DNA of 64,000 nucleotides, taken from contig OZ024743.1 of NCBI GenBank assembly GCA_964016885.1, forward strand, positions 129,456,001-129,520,000, given 5' to 3'. Numbering within the stretch: the first letter of the stretch is position 1; each line of letters begins with the position of its first letter. The notes beneath the pieces were generated by a model. The model searched no databases. It worked only from the letters and a program-made list of their open reading frames with translations, and was not told where the DNA came from. Of the stretch, positions 29,301 through 43,900 are shown piece by piece. The translations under genes and the position numbers were made by a program. Source of the stretch: Eledone cirrhosa. Lineage: Eukaryota.

Positions 29301-32300
29301 CCAGGCACCAAACACCAAGCACCAAGCACCAAGCACCAAACACCAAACAACAAGCACCAGGTACCAAGCACCAAACACCAAAAACCAAGCACCAAGCACT
29401 AAACACCAAGCACCAAGCACCAAATGCCAAACACCAGGCACCAAGCACAAAACACCAAACACCAAAAAGCAGACACCAAACAGCAAACACCAAACACCAA
29501 GCACCAGGCACCAAGCACCAAACACCAAGCACCAAGCAAGAAACACCAAGCATGAAGACCGAAGCACCAAACACCAAGCACCAAGCTCCAAACACAAAAC
29601 ACCAAGCACCAAGCACCAAGCACCAAACACCAAACACCAAGCACCAAGCACCAAACACCAAACACCAAGCACCAAGGACCAAGCATCAAGCACAAGCACC
29701 AAGCACCAAACACCTTACACCAAGCACCAAGCACCAAGCACCAAGCACCAAACACCAAGCACCAAGCACCAAACGCCAAACACCAAGCACCAAAGACCAA
29801 GCACCAAGCACCAAGCACCAAACACTAATCACCAAGCACCAAGCACCAAACAACAAGAACGAAGCACCAAGCACCAAACACCAAGCACGCAGCATCAAAC
29901 ACCAAGCACCAAGCACCAAGCACCAAACACCAAACACCAAGCACCAAGGACCCAACATCAAACACCAAGCACCAAGCACCAAGCAGCACACACCAAGCAT
30001 CAAACACCAAACACCAAACACCAAGCACCAAACACCAAACACCAAGCACTAAGCACCAAGCACCAAGCACCAAACTCCAAGCACCCAGCACCAAACACCA
30101 AACACCAAGCACCAACCACCAAACACCAAACACCAAGCACCAAACACCAGACACCAGGCACCAAACACCAAGCACCAAGCACCAAGCACCAAACACCAAA
30201 CAACAAGCACCAGGTACCAAGCACCAAACACCAAAAACCAAGCACCAAGCACCAAACACCAAGCACCAAGCACCAAGCACCAAACACCAAGCACCAAGCA
30301 CCAAACGCCAAACACCAAGCACCAAAGACCAAGCACCAAGCACCAAGCACCAAACACTAATCACCAAGCACCAAGCACCAAACAACAAGAACGAAGCACC
30401 AAGCACCAGGCACCAAGCACCAAGCACCAAACACAAAACACCAAGCACCAAGCACCAAGCAGCAAACACCAAGCATCAAACACCAAACACCAACCACCAA
30501 GCACCAAATACCAAGCACCAAACACCAAGCACCAGGAACCAAGCACCAAGCACGAAGCACCAAACACCAAACACCAAGCACCAAATACCAGATACCAAGC
30601 ACCAAGCACCAAACACCAAACACCAAGCACCAAGCACCAAAAAATAAACAACAAGCACCAGGCACCAAGCACCAAACACCAAACACCAAGCACCAAGCAC
30701 CAAACACCAAACACCAAGCACGCAGCATCAAACACCAAGCACCAAGCACCAAGCACCAAACACCAAACACCAAGCACCAAGGACCCAACATCAAACACCA
30801 AGCACCAAGCACCAAGCAGCACACACCAAGCATCAAACACCAAACACCAAACACCAAGCACCAAACACCAAACACCAAGCACTAAGCACCAAGCACCAAG
30901 CACCAAACTCCAAGCACCCAGCACCAAACACCAAACACCAAGCACCAACCACCAAACACCAAACACCAAGCACCAAACACCAGACACCAGGCACCAAACA
31001 CCAAGCACCAAGCACCAAGCACCAAACACCAAACAACAAGCACCAGGTACCAAGCACCAAACACCAAAAACCAAGCACCAAGCACTAAACACCAAGCACC
31101 AAGCACCAAATGCCAAACACCAGGCACCAAGCACAAAACACCAAACACCAAAAAGCAGACACCAAACAGCAAACACCAAACACCAAGCACCAGGCACCAA
31201 GCACCAAACACCAAGCACCAAGCAAGAAACACCAAGCATGAAGACCGAAGCACCAAACACCAAGCACCAAGCTCCAAACACAAAACACCAAGCACCAAGC
31301 ACCAAGCACCAAACACCAAACACCAAGCACCAAGCACCAAACACCAAACACCAAGCACCAAGGACCAAGCATCAAGCACAAGCACCAAGCACCAAACACC
31401 TTACACCAAGCACCAAGCACCAAGCACCAAGCACCAAACACCAAGCACCAAACACCAAGCACCAAGCACCAAATACCAAGCAACAAGCAACAAACACCAA
31501 GCACCAAGCACCAAGCACCAAACACCAAGCACCAAGCACCAAACACCAAACCCCAAGCACCAAACACCAAACCGCAAGCACCAAGCACCAAACACTAATC
31601 ACCAAGCACCAAGCACCAAACAATAAGAACGAAGCACCAAGCACCAGGCACCAAGCACCAAGCACCAAACACAAAACACCCAGCACCAAGCACCAAGCAG
31701 CAAACACCAAGCATCAAACACCAAACACCAACCACCAAGCAGCAAACACCAAGCACCAGGAACCAAACACCAAACACCAAGCACCAAGCACGAAGCACCA
31801 AACACCAAACACCAAGCACCAAATACCAGATACCAAGCACCAAGCACCAAACACCAAACACCAAGCACCAAGCACCAAACACTAAACATCAAGCACCAGG
31901 CACCAAGCACCAAACACCAAACACCAAGCACCAAGCACCAAACACCAAACACCAAGCACGCAGCATCAAACACCAAGCACCAAGCACCAAGCACCAAACA
32001 CCAAGCACCAAGCACCAAGCACCAAGTACCTAACACCAAACACCAAGCAACAAACACCAAACACCAAGCACCAAGCACCAAGCACGAAACACCAGGCACC
32101 AAGCACCAAGCACCAAACACCAAACACCAAGCACGAAACACCAGCCACCAAGCACCAAGTACCAAACACCAAACACCAAGCACTAAGCACCAAACACCAA
32201 ACAACAAGCACCAGGTACCAAGCACCAAACACCAAAAACCAAGCACCAAGCACTAAACACCAAGCACCAAGCACCAAATGCCAAACACCAGGCACCAAGC

Positions 32301-34000
32301 ACAAAACACCAAACACCAAAAAGCAGACACCAAACAGCAAACACCAAACACCAAGCACCAGGCACCAAGCACCAAACACCAAGCACCAAGCAAGAAACAC
32401 CAAGCATGAAGACCGAAGCACCAAACACCAAGCACCAAGCTCCAAACACAAAACACCAAGCACCAAGCACCAAGCACCAAACACCAAACACCAAGCACCA
32501 AGCACCAAACACCAAACACCAAGCACCAAGGACCAAGCATCAAGCACAAGCACCAAGCACCAAACACCTTACACCAAGCACCAAGCACCAAGCACCAAGC
32601 ACCAAACACCAAGCACCAAACACCAAGCACCAAGCACCAAATACCAAGCAACAAGCAACAAACACCAAGCACCAAGCACCAAGCACCAAACACCAAGCAC
32701 CAAGCACCAAACACCAAACCCCAAGCACCAAACACCAAACCGCAAGCACCAAGCACCAAACACTAATCACCAAGCACCAAGCACCAAACAATAAGAACGA
32801 AGCACCAAGCACCAGGCACCAAGCACCAAGCACCAAACACAAAACACCCAGCACCAAGCACCAAGCAGCAAACACCAAGCATCAAACACCAAACACCAAC
32901 CACCAAGCAGCAAACACCAAGCACCAGGAACCAAACACCAAACACCAAGCACCAAGCACGAAGCACCAAACACCAAACACCAAGCACCAAATACCAGATA
33001 CCAAGCACCAAGCACCAAACACCAAACACCAAGCACCAAGCACCAAACACTAAACATCAAGCACCAGGCACCAAGCACCAAACACCAAACACCAAGCACC
33101 AAGCACCAAACACCAAACACCAAGCACGCAGCATCAAACACCAAGCACCAAGCACCAAGCACCAAACACCAAGCACCAAGCACCAAGCACCAAGTACCTA
33201 ACACCAAACACCAAGCAACAAACACCAAACACCAAGCACCAAGCACCAAGCACGAAACACCAGGCACCAAGCACCAAGCACCAAACACCAAACACCAAGC
33301 ACGAAACACCAGCCACCAAGCACCAAGTACCAAACACCAAACACCAAGCACTAAGCACCAAACACCAAACAACAAGCACCAGGCACCAAGCACCAAACAC
33401 CAAACACCAAGCACGCAGCACCAAACACCAAGCACCAAGCACCAAGCACCAAACACCAAGCACCAAGCACCAAGCACCAAACACCAAACACCAAACACCA
33501 AACAGCAAGCACCAAGCACCAAACACCAAACACCAAACAGCAAGCACCAAGCACCAAACACCAAGCACCAAACACCAAACCCCAAGCACCAATCACCAAA
33601 CACTAATCACGAAGCACCAAGCACCAAACACCAAGCACCAAGCAGCAATCACCAAACACCAAGCACCAAGCACCAATCACCAAGCACCAAACACCAAGCA
33701 CCAAGCACCAAACGCCAAACCCCAAGCACCAAAGACCAAGCACCAAGCACCAAGGACCAAACACCAAGCACCAAGCACCAAGCACCAAACACCGAGCACC
33801 AAGCACCAAGCACCAAGCACCGAACACCAAGCACCAAGCACCAAACACCAAACCCCAAGCACCAAAGACCAAGCACAAGCACCAAGGACCAAACACCAAG
33901 CACCAAGCACCAAACATCCAGCACCAAGCACCAAGCACCAAACACCAAGCACCAAGCACCAAACACAAAACACCAAACACCATACAGCAAACACCAAACA
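26390..34000 (+). repeat. Cluster of short-period overlapping duplications (offsets 853, 1168, 1686, 4393, 5561)
   Basis: The CATGAAG ACCGAAG module lies at ~26844, 29551, 31237 and 32405. Matching ORFs are 28671/30357, 29147/30000, 31238/32406 and 27206/32767. Confidence 0.85.
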
Positions 34001-37000
34001 CCAAAAAGCAGACACCAAGCAGCAAACACAAAACACCAAACACCAAACACCAAACACCAAGCACCAAGCACCAACCACCAAACTCCAAGCCCCAAGCAAC
34101 AAACACTAATCACCAAGCACCAAGCACCAAACACCAAGCACCAAGCACCAAGCACCAAACACCAAGCACCAAGCACCAAACGCCAAACACCAAGCACCAA
34201 AGACCAAGCACCAAGCACCAAGCACCAAACACTAATCACCAAGCACCAAGCACCAAACAACAAGAACGAAGCACCAAGCACCAGGCACCAAGCACCAAGC
34301 ACCAAACACAAAACACCAAGCACCAAGCACCAAGCAGCAAACACCAAGCATCAAACACCAAACACCAACCACCAAGCACCAAACACCAAGCACCAAACAC
34401 CAAGCACCAGGAACCAAGCACCAAGCACGAAGCACCAAACACCAAACACCAAGCACCAAATACCAGATACCAAGCACCAAGCACCAAACACCAAACACCA
34501 AGCACCAAGCACCAAAAAATAAACAACAAGCACCAGGCACCAAGCACCAAACACCAAACACCAAGCACCAAGCACCAAACACCAAACACCAAGCACGCAG
34601 CATCAAACACCAAGCACCAAGCACCAAGCACCAAACACCAAGCACCAAGCACCAAGCACCAAGTACCAAACACCAAACACCAAGCAACAAACACCAAACA
34701 CCAAGGACCAAACACCAAGCACCAAGCACCAAACACCAAGCACCAAGCACCAAACACCCAGCACCAAGCACCAAGCACCAAACACCAAGCACCAAGCACC
34801 AAACACAAAACACCAAACACCAAACAGCAAACACCAAACACCAAACAGCAAAAACCAAATACGAAATAGCAAACACCATACAGCAAACACCAAACACCAA
34901 AAAGCAGACACCAAACAGCAAACACAAAACACCAAACACCAAACACCAAACACCAAGCACCAAGCACCAACCACCAAACCCCAAGCACCAAGCAACAAAC
35001 ACTAATCACCAAGCACCAAGCACCAAACACCAAACACCAAGCACCAAGCACCAAGCACGAAACACCAAGCACCAAGCACCAAACGCCAAACACCAAGCAC
35101 CAAAGACCAAGCACCAAGCACCAAGCACCAAACAACAAGCACCAAACACCAAGCACCAAACACCAAGCACCAAGCACCAAACACCCACCACCCAGCACCA
35201 AACACCAAGCACCAAACACCAAGCACCAAACACCAAACACCAAGCACCAAGCACCAAGCACCAAACACCAAGCCCCAAGCACCAAGCACCAAACACCAAA
35301 CACCAAGCACCAAGCACCAAACAACAAGCACCAAGCACCAATCACAAAGAACGAAACAACAAGCAGCAAGCAGCAAGCACCAAACACCAAACACCAAGCA
35401 CCAAACACCAAACACCAAGCACCAAGGACCCAATATCAAACACCAAGCACCAAGCACCAAACACCAAACACCAAGCACCAAGCACCAAGCACCAAGCACC
35501 GAACACCAAGCCCCAAACACCAAGCACCAAACACCAAGCACCAAACACCAAACACGAAGTCCCACGCACCAAGCACCAAACACCAAACAGCAAGCACCAA
35601 GCACCAAACACCAAGCACCAAGCACCAAGCCCCTAGCACCAAACACCAAACACCAAGCACCAAGCACAAAATACCAAGCACCAATCACCAAGCACCAAAC
35701 ACCAAGGAGCAAGCAGCAAGCACCAAACACCAAACACCAAGCACCAAGCACCAAACACCAAACACCAAGCACCAAGCACCAAACATCAAACACCAAGCAC
35801 CAAGCACCAAACACTTAACACCAAGCACCAAGCACCAAGCACCAAACACCAAGCACCAATCACAAAGAACGAAACAAGCAGCAAGCAGCAAGCACCAAAC
35901 ACCAAACACCAAGCACCAAACACCAAACACCAAGCACCAAGGACCCAACATCAAACACCAAGCACCAAGCACCAAACACCAAACACCAAGCACCAAGCAC
36001 CAAGCACCAAGCACCGAACACCAAGCCCCAAACACCAGGCACCAAACACCAAGCACCAAACACCAAACACGAAGTCCCACGCACCAAGCACCAAACACCA
36101 AACAGCAAGCACCAAGCACCAAACACCAAGCACGAAGCACCAAGCCCCTAGCACCAAACACCAAACACCAAGCACCAAGCACAAAACACCAAGCACCAAA
36201 CACCAAGCACCAAACACCAAGCAGCAAGCAGCAAGCACCAAACACCAAACACCAAGCACCAAGCACCAAACACCAAACACCAAGCACCAAGCACCAAACA
36301 TCAAACACCAAGCACCAAGCACCAAACACTTAACACCAAGCACCAAGCACCAAGCACCAAACACCAAGCACCAATCACCAAACACCAAGCACCAAGCACC
36401 AAGCACGAAACACCAGGCACCAAGCACCAAGCACCAAACACCAAGCACCAAACACCAGCCACCAAGCACCAAGTACCAAACACCAAACACCAAGCACTAA
36501 GCACCAAACACCAAACAACAAGCACCAGGCACCAAGCACCAAACACCAAACACCAAGCACGCAGCACCAAACACCAAGCACCAAGCACCAAGCACCAAAC
36601 ACCAAGCACCAAGCACCAAGCACCAAACACCAAACACCAAACACCAAACAGCAAGCACCAAGCACCAAACACCAAACACCAAACAGCAAGCACCAAGCAC
36701 CAAACACCAAGCACCAAACACCAAACCCCAAGCACCAATCACCAAACACTAATCACGAAGCACCAAGCACCAAACACCAAGCACCAAGCACCAAGGACCA
36801 AACACCAAGCACCAAGCACCAAGCACCAAACACCAAGCACCAAGCACCAAGCACCAAGCACCAAACACCAAGCACCAAGCACCAAACACCAAACCCCAAG
36901 CACCAAAGACCAAGCACCAAGCACCAAGGACCAAACACCAAGCACCAAGCACCAAGCACCAAGCACCAAGCACCAAACACCCAGCACCAAGCACCAAGCA

Positions 37001-40000
37001 CCAAACACCAAGCACCAAGCACCAAACACAAAACACCAAACACCAAGCACCAAGCACCAAACAGCAAGCACCAAACACCAAACACCAAACACCAAACACC
37101 AAACAGCAAACAGCAAACGCCAAACACCAAGCACCAGGAACCAAACACCAAACACCAAGCACCAAGCACGAAGCACCAGACACCAAACACCAAGCACCAA
37201 ATACCAGATACCAAGCACCAAGCACCAAACACCAAATACCAAGCACCAAGCACCAAACACCAAACAACAAGCACCAGGCACCAAGCACCAAACACCAAAC
37301 ACCAAGCACCAAGCACCAAACACCAAACACCAAGCACCCAGCATCAAACACCAAGTACCAAGCACCAAGCACCAAACACCAAGCACCAAACACCAAGCAC
37401 GAAGTACCAAGGACCAAACACCAAGCACCAAGCACCAAACATCCAGCACCAAGCACCAAGCACCAAACACCAAGCACCAAGCACCAAACACAAAACACCA
37501 AACACCAAACAGCAAACACCAAACACCAAACAGCAAAAACCAAATACGAAACAGCAAACACCATACAGCAAACACCAAACACCAAAAAGCAGACACCAAG
37601 CAGCAAACACAAAACACCAAACACCAAACACCAAACACCAAGCACCAAGCACCAACCACCAAACTCCAAGCCCCAAGCAACAAACACTAATCACCAAGCA
37701 CCAAGCACCAAACACCAAGCACCAAGCACCAAGCACCAAACACCAAGCACCAAGCACCAAACGCCAAACACCAAGCACCAAAGACCAAGCACCAAGCACC
37801 AAGCACCAAACACTAATCACCAAGCACCAAGCACCAAACAACAAGAACGAAGCACCAAGCACCAGGCACCAAGCACCAAGCACCAAACACAAAACACCAA
37901 GCACCAAGCACCAAGCAGCAAACACCAAGCATCAAACACCAAACACCAACCACCAAGCACCAAACACCAAGCACCAAACACCAAGCACCAGGAACCAAGC
38001 ACCAAGCACGAAGCACCAAACACCAAACACCAAGCACCAAATACCAGATACCAAGCACCAAGCACCAAACACCAAACACCAAGCACCAAGCACCAAACAA
38101 TAAACAACAAGCACCAGGCACCAAGCACCAAACACCAAACACCAAGCACCAAGCACCAAACACCAAACACCAAGCACGCAGCATCAAACACCAAGCACCA
38201 AGCACCAAGCACCAAACACCAAGCACCAAGCACCAAGCACCAAGTACCAAACACCAAACACCAAGCAACAAACACCAAACACCAAGGACCAAACACCAAG
38301 CACCAAGCACCAAACACCAAGCACCAAGCACCAAACACCCAGCACCAAGCACCAAGCACCAAACACCAAGCACCAAGCACCAAACACAAAACACCAAACA
38401 CCAAACAGCAAACACCAAACACCAAACAGCAAAAACCAAATACGAAACAGCAAACACCATACAGCAAACACCAAACACCAAAAAGCAGACACCAAACAGC
38501 AAACACAAAACACCAAACACCAAACACCAAACACCAAGCACCAAGCACCAACCACCAAACCCCAAGCACCAAGCAACAAACACTAATCACCAAGCACCAA
38601 GCACCAAACACCAAACACCAAGCACCAAGCACCAAGCACCAAACACCAAGCACCAAGCACCAAACGCCAAACACCAAGCACCAAAGACCAAGCACCAAGC
38701 ACCAAGCACCAAACAACAAGCACCAAACACCAAGCACCAAACACCAAGCACCAAGCACCAAACACCCACCACCCAGCACCAAACACCAAGCACCAAACAC
38801 CAAGCACCAAACACCAAACACCAAGCACCAAGCACCAAGCACCAAACACCAAGCCCCAAGCACCAAGCACCAAACACCAAACACCAAGCACCAAGCACCA
38901 AACAACAAGCACCAAGCACCAATCACAAAGAACGAAACAACAAGCAGCAAGCAGCAAGCACCAAACACCAAACACCAAGCACCAAACACCAAACACCAAG
39001 CACCAAGGACCCAATATCAAACACCAAGCACCAAGCACCAAACACCAAACACCAAGCACCAAGCACCAAGCACCAAGCACCGAACACCAAGCCCCAAACA
39101 CCAAGCACCAAACACCAAGCACCAAACACCAAACACGAAGTCCCACGCACCAAGCACCAAACACCAAACAGCAAGCACCAAGCACCAAATACCAAGCACC
39201 AAGCACCAAGCCCCTAGCACCAAACACCAAACACCAAGCACCAAGCACAAAATACCAAGCACCAATCACCAAGCACCAAACACCAAGGAGCAAGCAGCAA
39301 GCACCAAACACCAAACACCAAGCACCAAGCACCAAACACCAAACACCAAGCACCAAGCACCAAACATCAAACACCAAGCACCAAGCACCAAACACTTAAC
39401 ACCAAGCACCAAGCACCAAGCACCAAACACCAAGCACCAATCACAAAGAACGAAACAAGCAGCAAGCAGCAAGCACCAAACACCAAACACCAAGCACCAA
39501 ACACCAAACACCAAGCACCAAGGACCCAACATCAAACACCAAGCACCAAGCACCAAACACCAAACACCAAGCACCAAGCACCAAGCACCAAGCACCGAAC
39601 ACCAAGCCCCAAACACCAGGCACCAAACACCAAGCACCAAACACCAAACACGAAGTCCCACGCACCAAGCACCAAACACCAAACAGCAAGCACCAAGCAC
39701 CAAACACCAAGCACCAAGCACCAAGCCCCTAGCACCAAACACCAAACACCAAGCACCAAGCACAAAACACCAAGCACCAAACACCAAGCACCAAACACCA
39801 AGCAGCAAGCAGCAAGCACCAAACACCAAACACCAAGCACCAAGCACCAAACACCAAACACCAAGCACCAAGCACCAAACATCAAACACCAAGCACCAAG
39901 CACCAAACACTTAACACCAAGCACCAAGCACCAAGCACCAAACACCAAGCACCAATCACCAAACACCAAGCACCAAGCACCAAGCATGAAACACCAGGCA

Positions 40001-40990
40001 CCAAGCACCAAGCACCAAACACCAAGCACCAAACACCAGCCACCAAGCACCAAGTACCAAACACCAAACACCAAGCACTAAGCACCAAACACCAAACAAC
40101 AAGCACCAGGCACCAAGCACCAAACACCAAACACCAAGCACGCAGCACCAATCACCAAGCACCAAGCACCAAGCACCAAACACCAAGCACCAAGCACCAA
40201 GCACCAAACACCAAACACCAAACACCAAACAGCAAGCACCAAGCACCAAACACCAAACACCAAACAGCAAGCACCAAGCACCAAACACCAAGCACCAAAG
40301 ACCAAACCCCAAGCACCAATCACCAAACACTAATCACGAAGCACCAAGCACCAAACACCAAGCACCAAGCACCAAGGACCAAACACCAAGCACCAAGCAC
40401 CAAGCACCAAACACCAAGCACCAAGCACCAAGCACCAAGCACCAAACACCAAGCACCAAGCACCAAACACCAAACCCCAAGCACCAAAGACCAAGCACCA
40501 AGCACCAAGGACCAAACACCAAGCACCAAGCACCAAGCACCAAGCACCAAGCACCAAACACCCAGCACCAAGCACCAAGCACCAAACACCAAGCACCAAG
40601 CACCAAACACAAAACACCAAACACCAAGCACCAAGCACCAAACAGCAAGCACCAAACACCAAACACCAAACACCAAACACCAAACAGCAAACAGCAAACG
40701 CCAAACACCAAGCACCAGGAACCAAACACCAAACACCAAGCACCAAGCACGAAGCACCAAACACCAAACACCAAGCACCAAATACCAGATACCAAGCACC
40801 AAGCACCAAACACCAAATACCAAGCACCAAGCACCAAACACCAAACAACAAGCACCAGGCACCAAGCACCAAACACCAAACACCAAGCACCAAGCACCAA
40901 ACACCAAACACCAAGCACCCAGCATCAAACACCAAGTACCAAGCACCAAGCACCAAACACCAAGCACCAAACACCAAGCACGAAGTACCA
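32200..40990 (+). repeat. Further copies of the 10.9-15.6 kb block (offsets 21309 and 24890), forming a local 3581-bp tandem
   Basis: ORF pairs 11097/32406, 12923/34232 and 15430/36739 give 21309; 12923/37813 and 14992/39882 give 24890; 34232/37813 and 36739/40320 give 3581. Confidence 0.9.
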
Positions 40991-43900
40991 AACACCAAAT
41001 ACCAAGCACCAAACACCAAACACCAAGCACCAAGCACCAAGCACGAAACACCAGGCACCAAGCACCAAGCACCAAACACCAAACACCAAGCACCAAACAC
41101 CCGCCACCAAGCACCAAGCACCAAACACCAAACACCAAGCACTAAGCACCAAACACCAAACAACAAGCACCAGGCACAAAGCACCAAACACCAAACACCA
41201 AGCACGCAGCACCAAACACCAACCACCAAGCACCAAGCACCAAACACCAAGCACCAAGCACCAAGCACCAAACACCAAACACCAAACACCAAGCACCAAG
41301 AACCAAACACCAAACACCAAACAGCAAGCACCAAGCACCAAACACCAAGCACCAAACACCAAACCCCAAGCACCAATCACCAAACACTAATCACCAAGCA
41401 CCAAGCACCAAACACCAAGCACCAAGCAGCAAGCACCAAACACCAAACACCAAGCACCAAGCACCAAGCACCAAACACCAAGCACCAAACACCAAGCACC
41501 AAGCACCAAACACCTAGCAACAAGCACCAAACATCAATCACCAAGCACCAAGCACCAAACACCAAGCACCAAGCACCAAACACCAAACCCCAAGCACCAA
41601 ACACCAAACCGCAAGCACCAAGCACCAAACACTAATCACCAAGCACCAAGCACCAAACAACAAGCACCAAGCACCAAGCACCAGGCACCAAGCACCAAGC
41701 ACCAAACACAAAACACCAGGCACCAAGCACCAAGCAGCAAACACCGAGCATCAAAGACCAAACACCAACCACCAAGCACCAAACACCAAGCACCAGGAAC
41801 CAAACACCAAACACCAAGCACCAAGCACCAAGCACCAAACACCAAATACCAAGCACCAAACACCAGATACCAAGCACCAAGCACCAAACACCAAACACCA
41901 AGCACCAAGCACCAAACACCAAGCACCAAGCACCAAGCACCAAGTACCAAGCACCAAACACCAAGCACCAAACACCAAACACCAAGCACCAAGCACCAAG
42001 CACGAAACACCAGGCACCAAGCACCAAGCACCAAACACCAAACACCAAGCACCAAAGACCAGCCACCAAGCACCAAGCACCAAACACCAAACACCAAGCA
42101 CTAAGCACCAAACACCAAACAACAAGCACCAGGCACCAAGCACCAAGCACCAAGCACCAAGCACCAAGCACCTATCACCGAAAACTAATCACCAAGCACC
42201 AAGCACCAAACACCAAGCACCAAGCAGCAAGCACCAAACACCAAGCACCAAGCACCAAGCACCAAGCACCAAACACCAAGCACCAAGCACCAAACACCAA
42301 ACCCCAAGCACCAAAGACCAAGCACCAAGCACCAAGCACCAAGCACCAAAAAACCAGCACCAAGCACCAAGCACCAAACACCCAGCACCAAGCACCAAAC
42401 ACAAAACACCAAACACCAAGCACCAAGCACCAAACAGCAAGCACCAAACACCAAACACCAAACACCAAACACCAAACACCAAACACCAAGCACCAAGCAG
42501 CAAGCACAAAACACCAAGCACCAAGCACCAAGCACCAAGCACCAAACACCAAGCACCAAGCACCAAACACCAAACCCCAAGCAACAAAGACCAAGCACCA
42601 AGCACCAAGCACCAAGCACCAAACACCCAGCACCAAGCACCAAGCACCAAACACCAAGCACCAAGCACCAAACACAAAACACCAAACACCAAGCACCAAG
42701 CACCAAACAGCAAGCACCAAACACCAAACACCAAACACCAAACACCAAACAGCAAACAGCAAATGCCAAACACCAAGCACCAAGCACCAAGCACCAAACA
42801 CCAAGCACCAAGCACCAAGCACAAAACACCAAACACCAAGCACCAAGGACCAAACATCAAGCACCAAGCACCAAGCACAAAGCACCGAACACCAAGCACC
42901 AAACACCATGCACCAAACACCAAGCACCAAACACCAAGCACCAGGCACCAAGCACCAATCACCAAGCACCATGCACCAAACACCAAACACCAAGCACTAA
43001 GCACCAAACACCAAACAACAAGCACCAGGCACCAAGCACCAAGCACCAAGCACCAAGCACCAAGCACCTATCACCAAAAACTAATCACCAAGCACCAAGC
43101 ACCAAACACCAAGCACCAAGCACCAAACACCAAACCCCAAGCACCAAAGACCAAGCACCAAGCACCAAGCACCAAGCACCAAACACCCAGCACCAAGCAC
43201 CAAGCACCAAACACCAAGCACCAAGCACCAAACACAAAACACCAAACACCAAGCACCAAGCACCAAACAGCAAGCTCCAAACACCAAACACCAAACACCA
43301 AACACCAAACACCAAGCACCAAGCACCAAGAACCAAACACCAAACACCAAACAGCAAGCACCAAGCACCAAACACCAAACACCAAACAGCAAGCACCAAG
43401 CACCAAACACCAAGCACCAAACACCAAACCCCAAGCACCAATCACCAAACACTAATCACGAAGCACCAAGCACCAAACACCAAGCACCAAGCACCAAGGA
43501 CCAAACACCAAGCACCAAGCACCAAGCACCAAACACCAAGCACCAAGCACCAAGCACCAAGCACCAAACACCAAGCACCAAGCACCAAACACCAAACCCC
43601 AAGCACCAAAGACCAAGCACCAAGCACCAAGGACCAAACACCAAGCACCAAGCACCAAGCACCAAGCACCAAGCACCAAACACCCAGCACCAAGCACCAA
43701 GCACCAAACACCAAGCACCAAGCACCAAACACAAAACACCAAACACCAAGCACCAAGCACCAAACAGCAAGCACCAAACACCAAACACCAAACACCAAAC
43801 ACCAAACAGCAAACAGCAAACGCCAAACACCAAGCACCAGGAACCAAACACCAAACACCAAGCACCAAGCACGAAGCACCAAACACCAAACACCAAGCAC

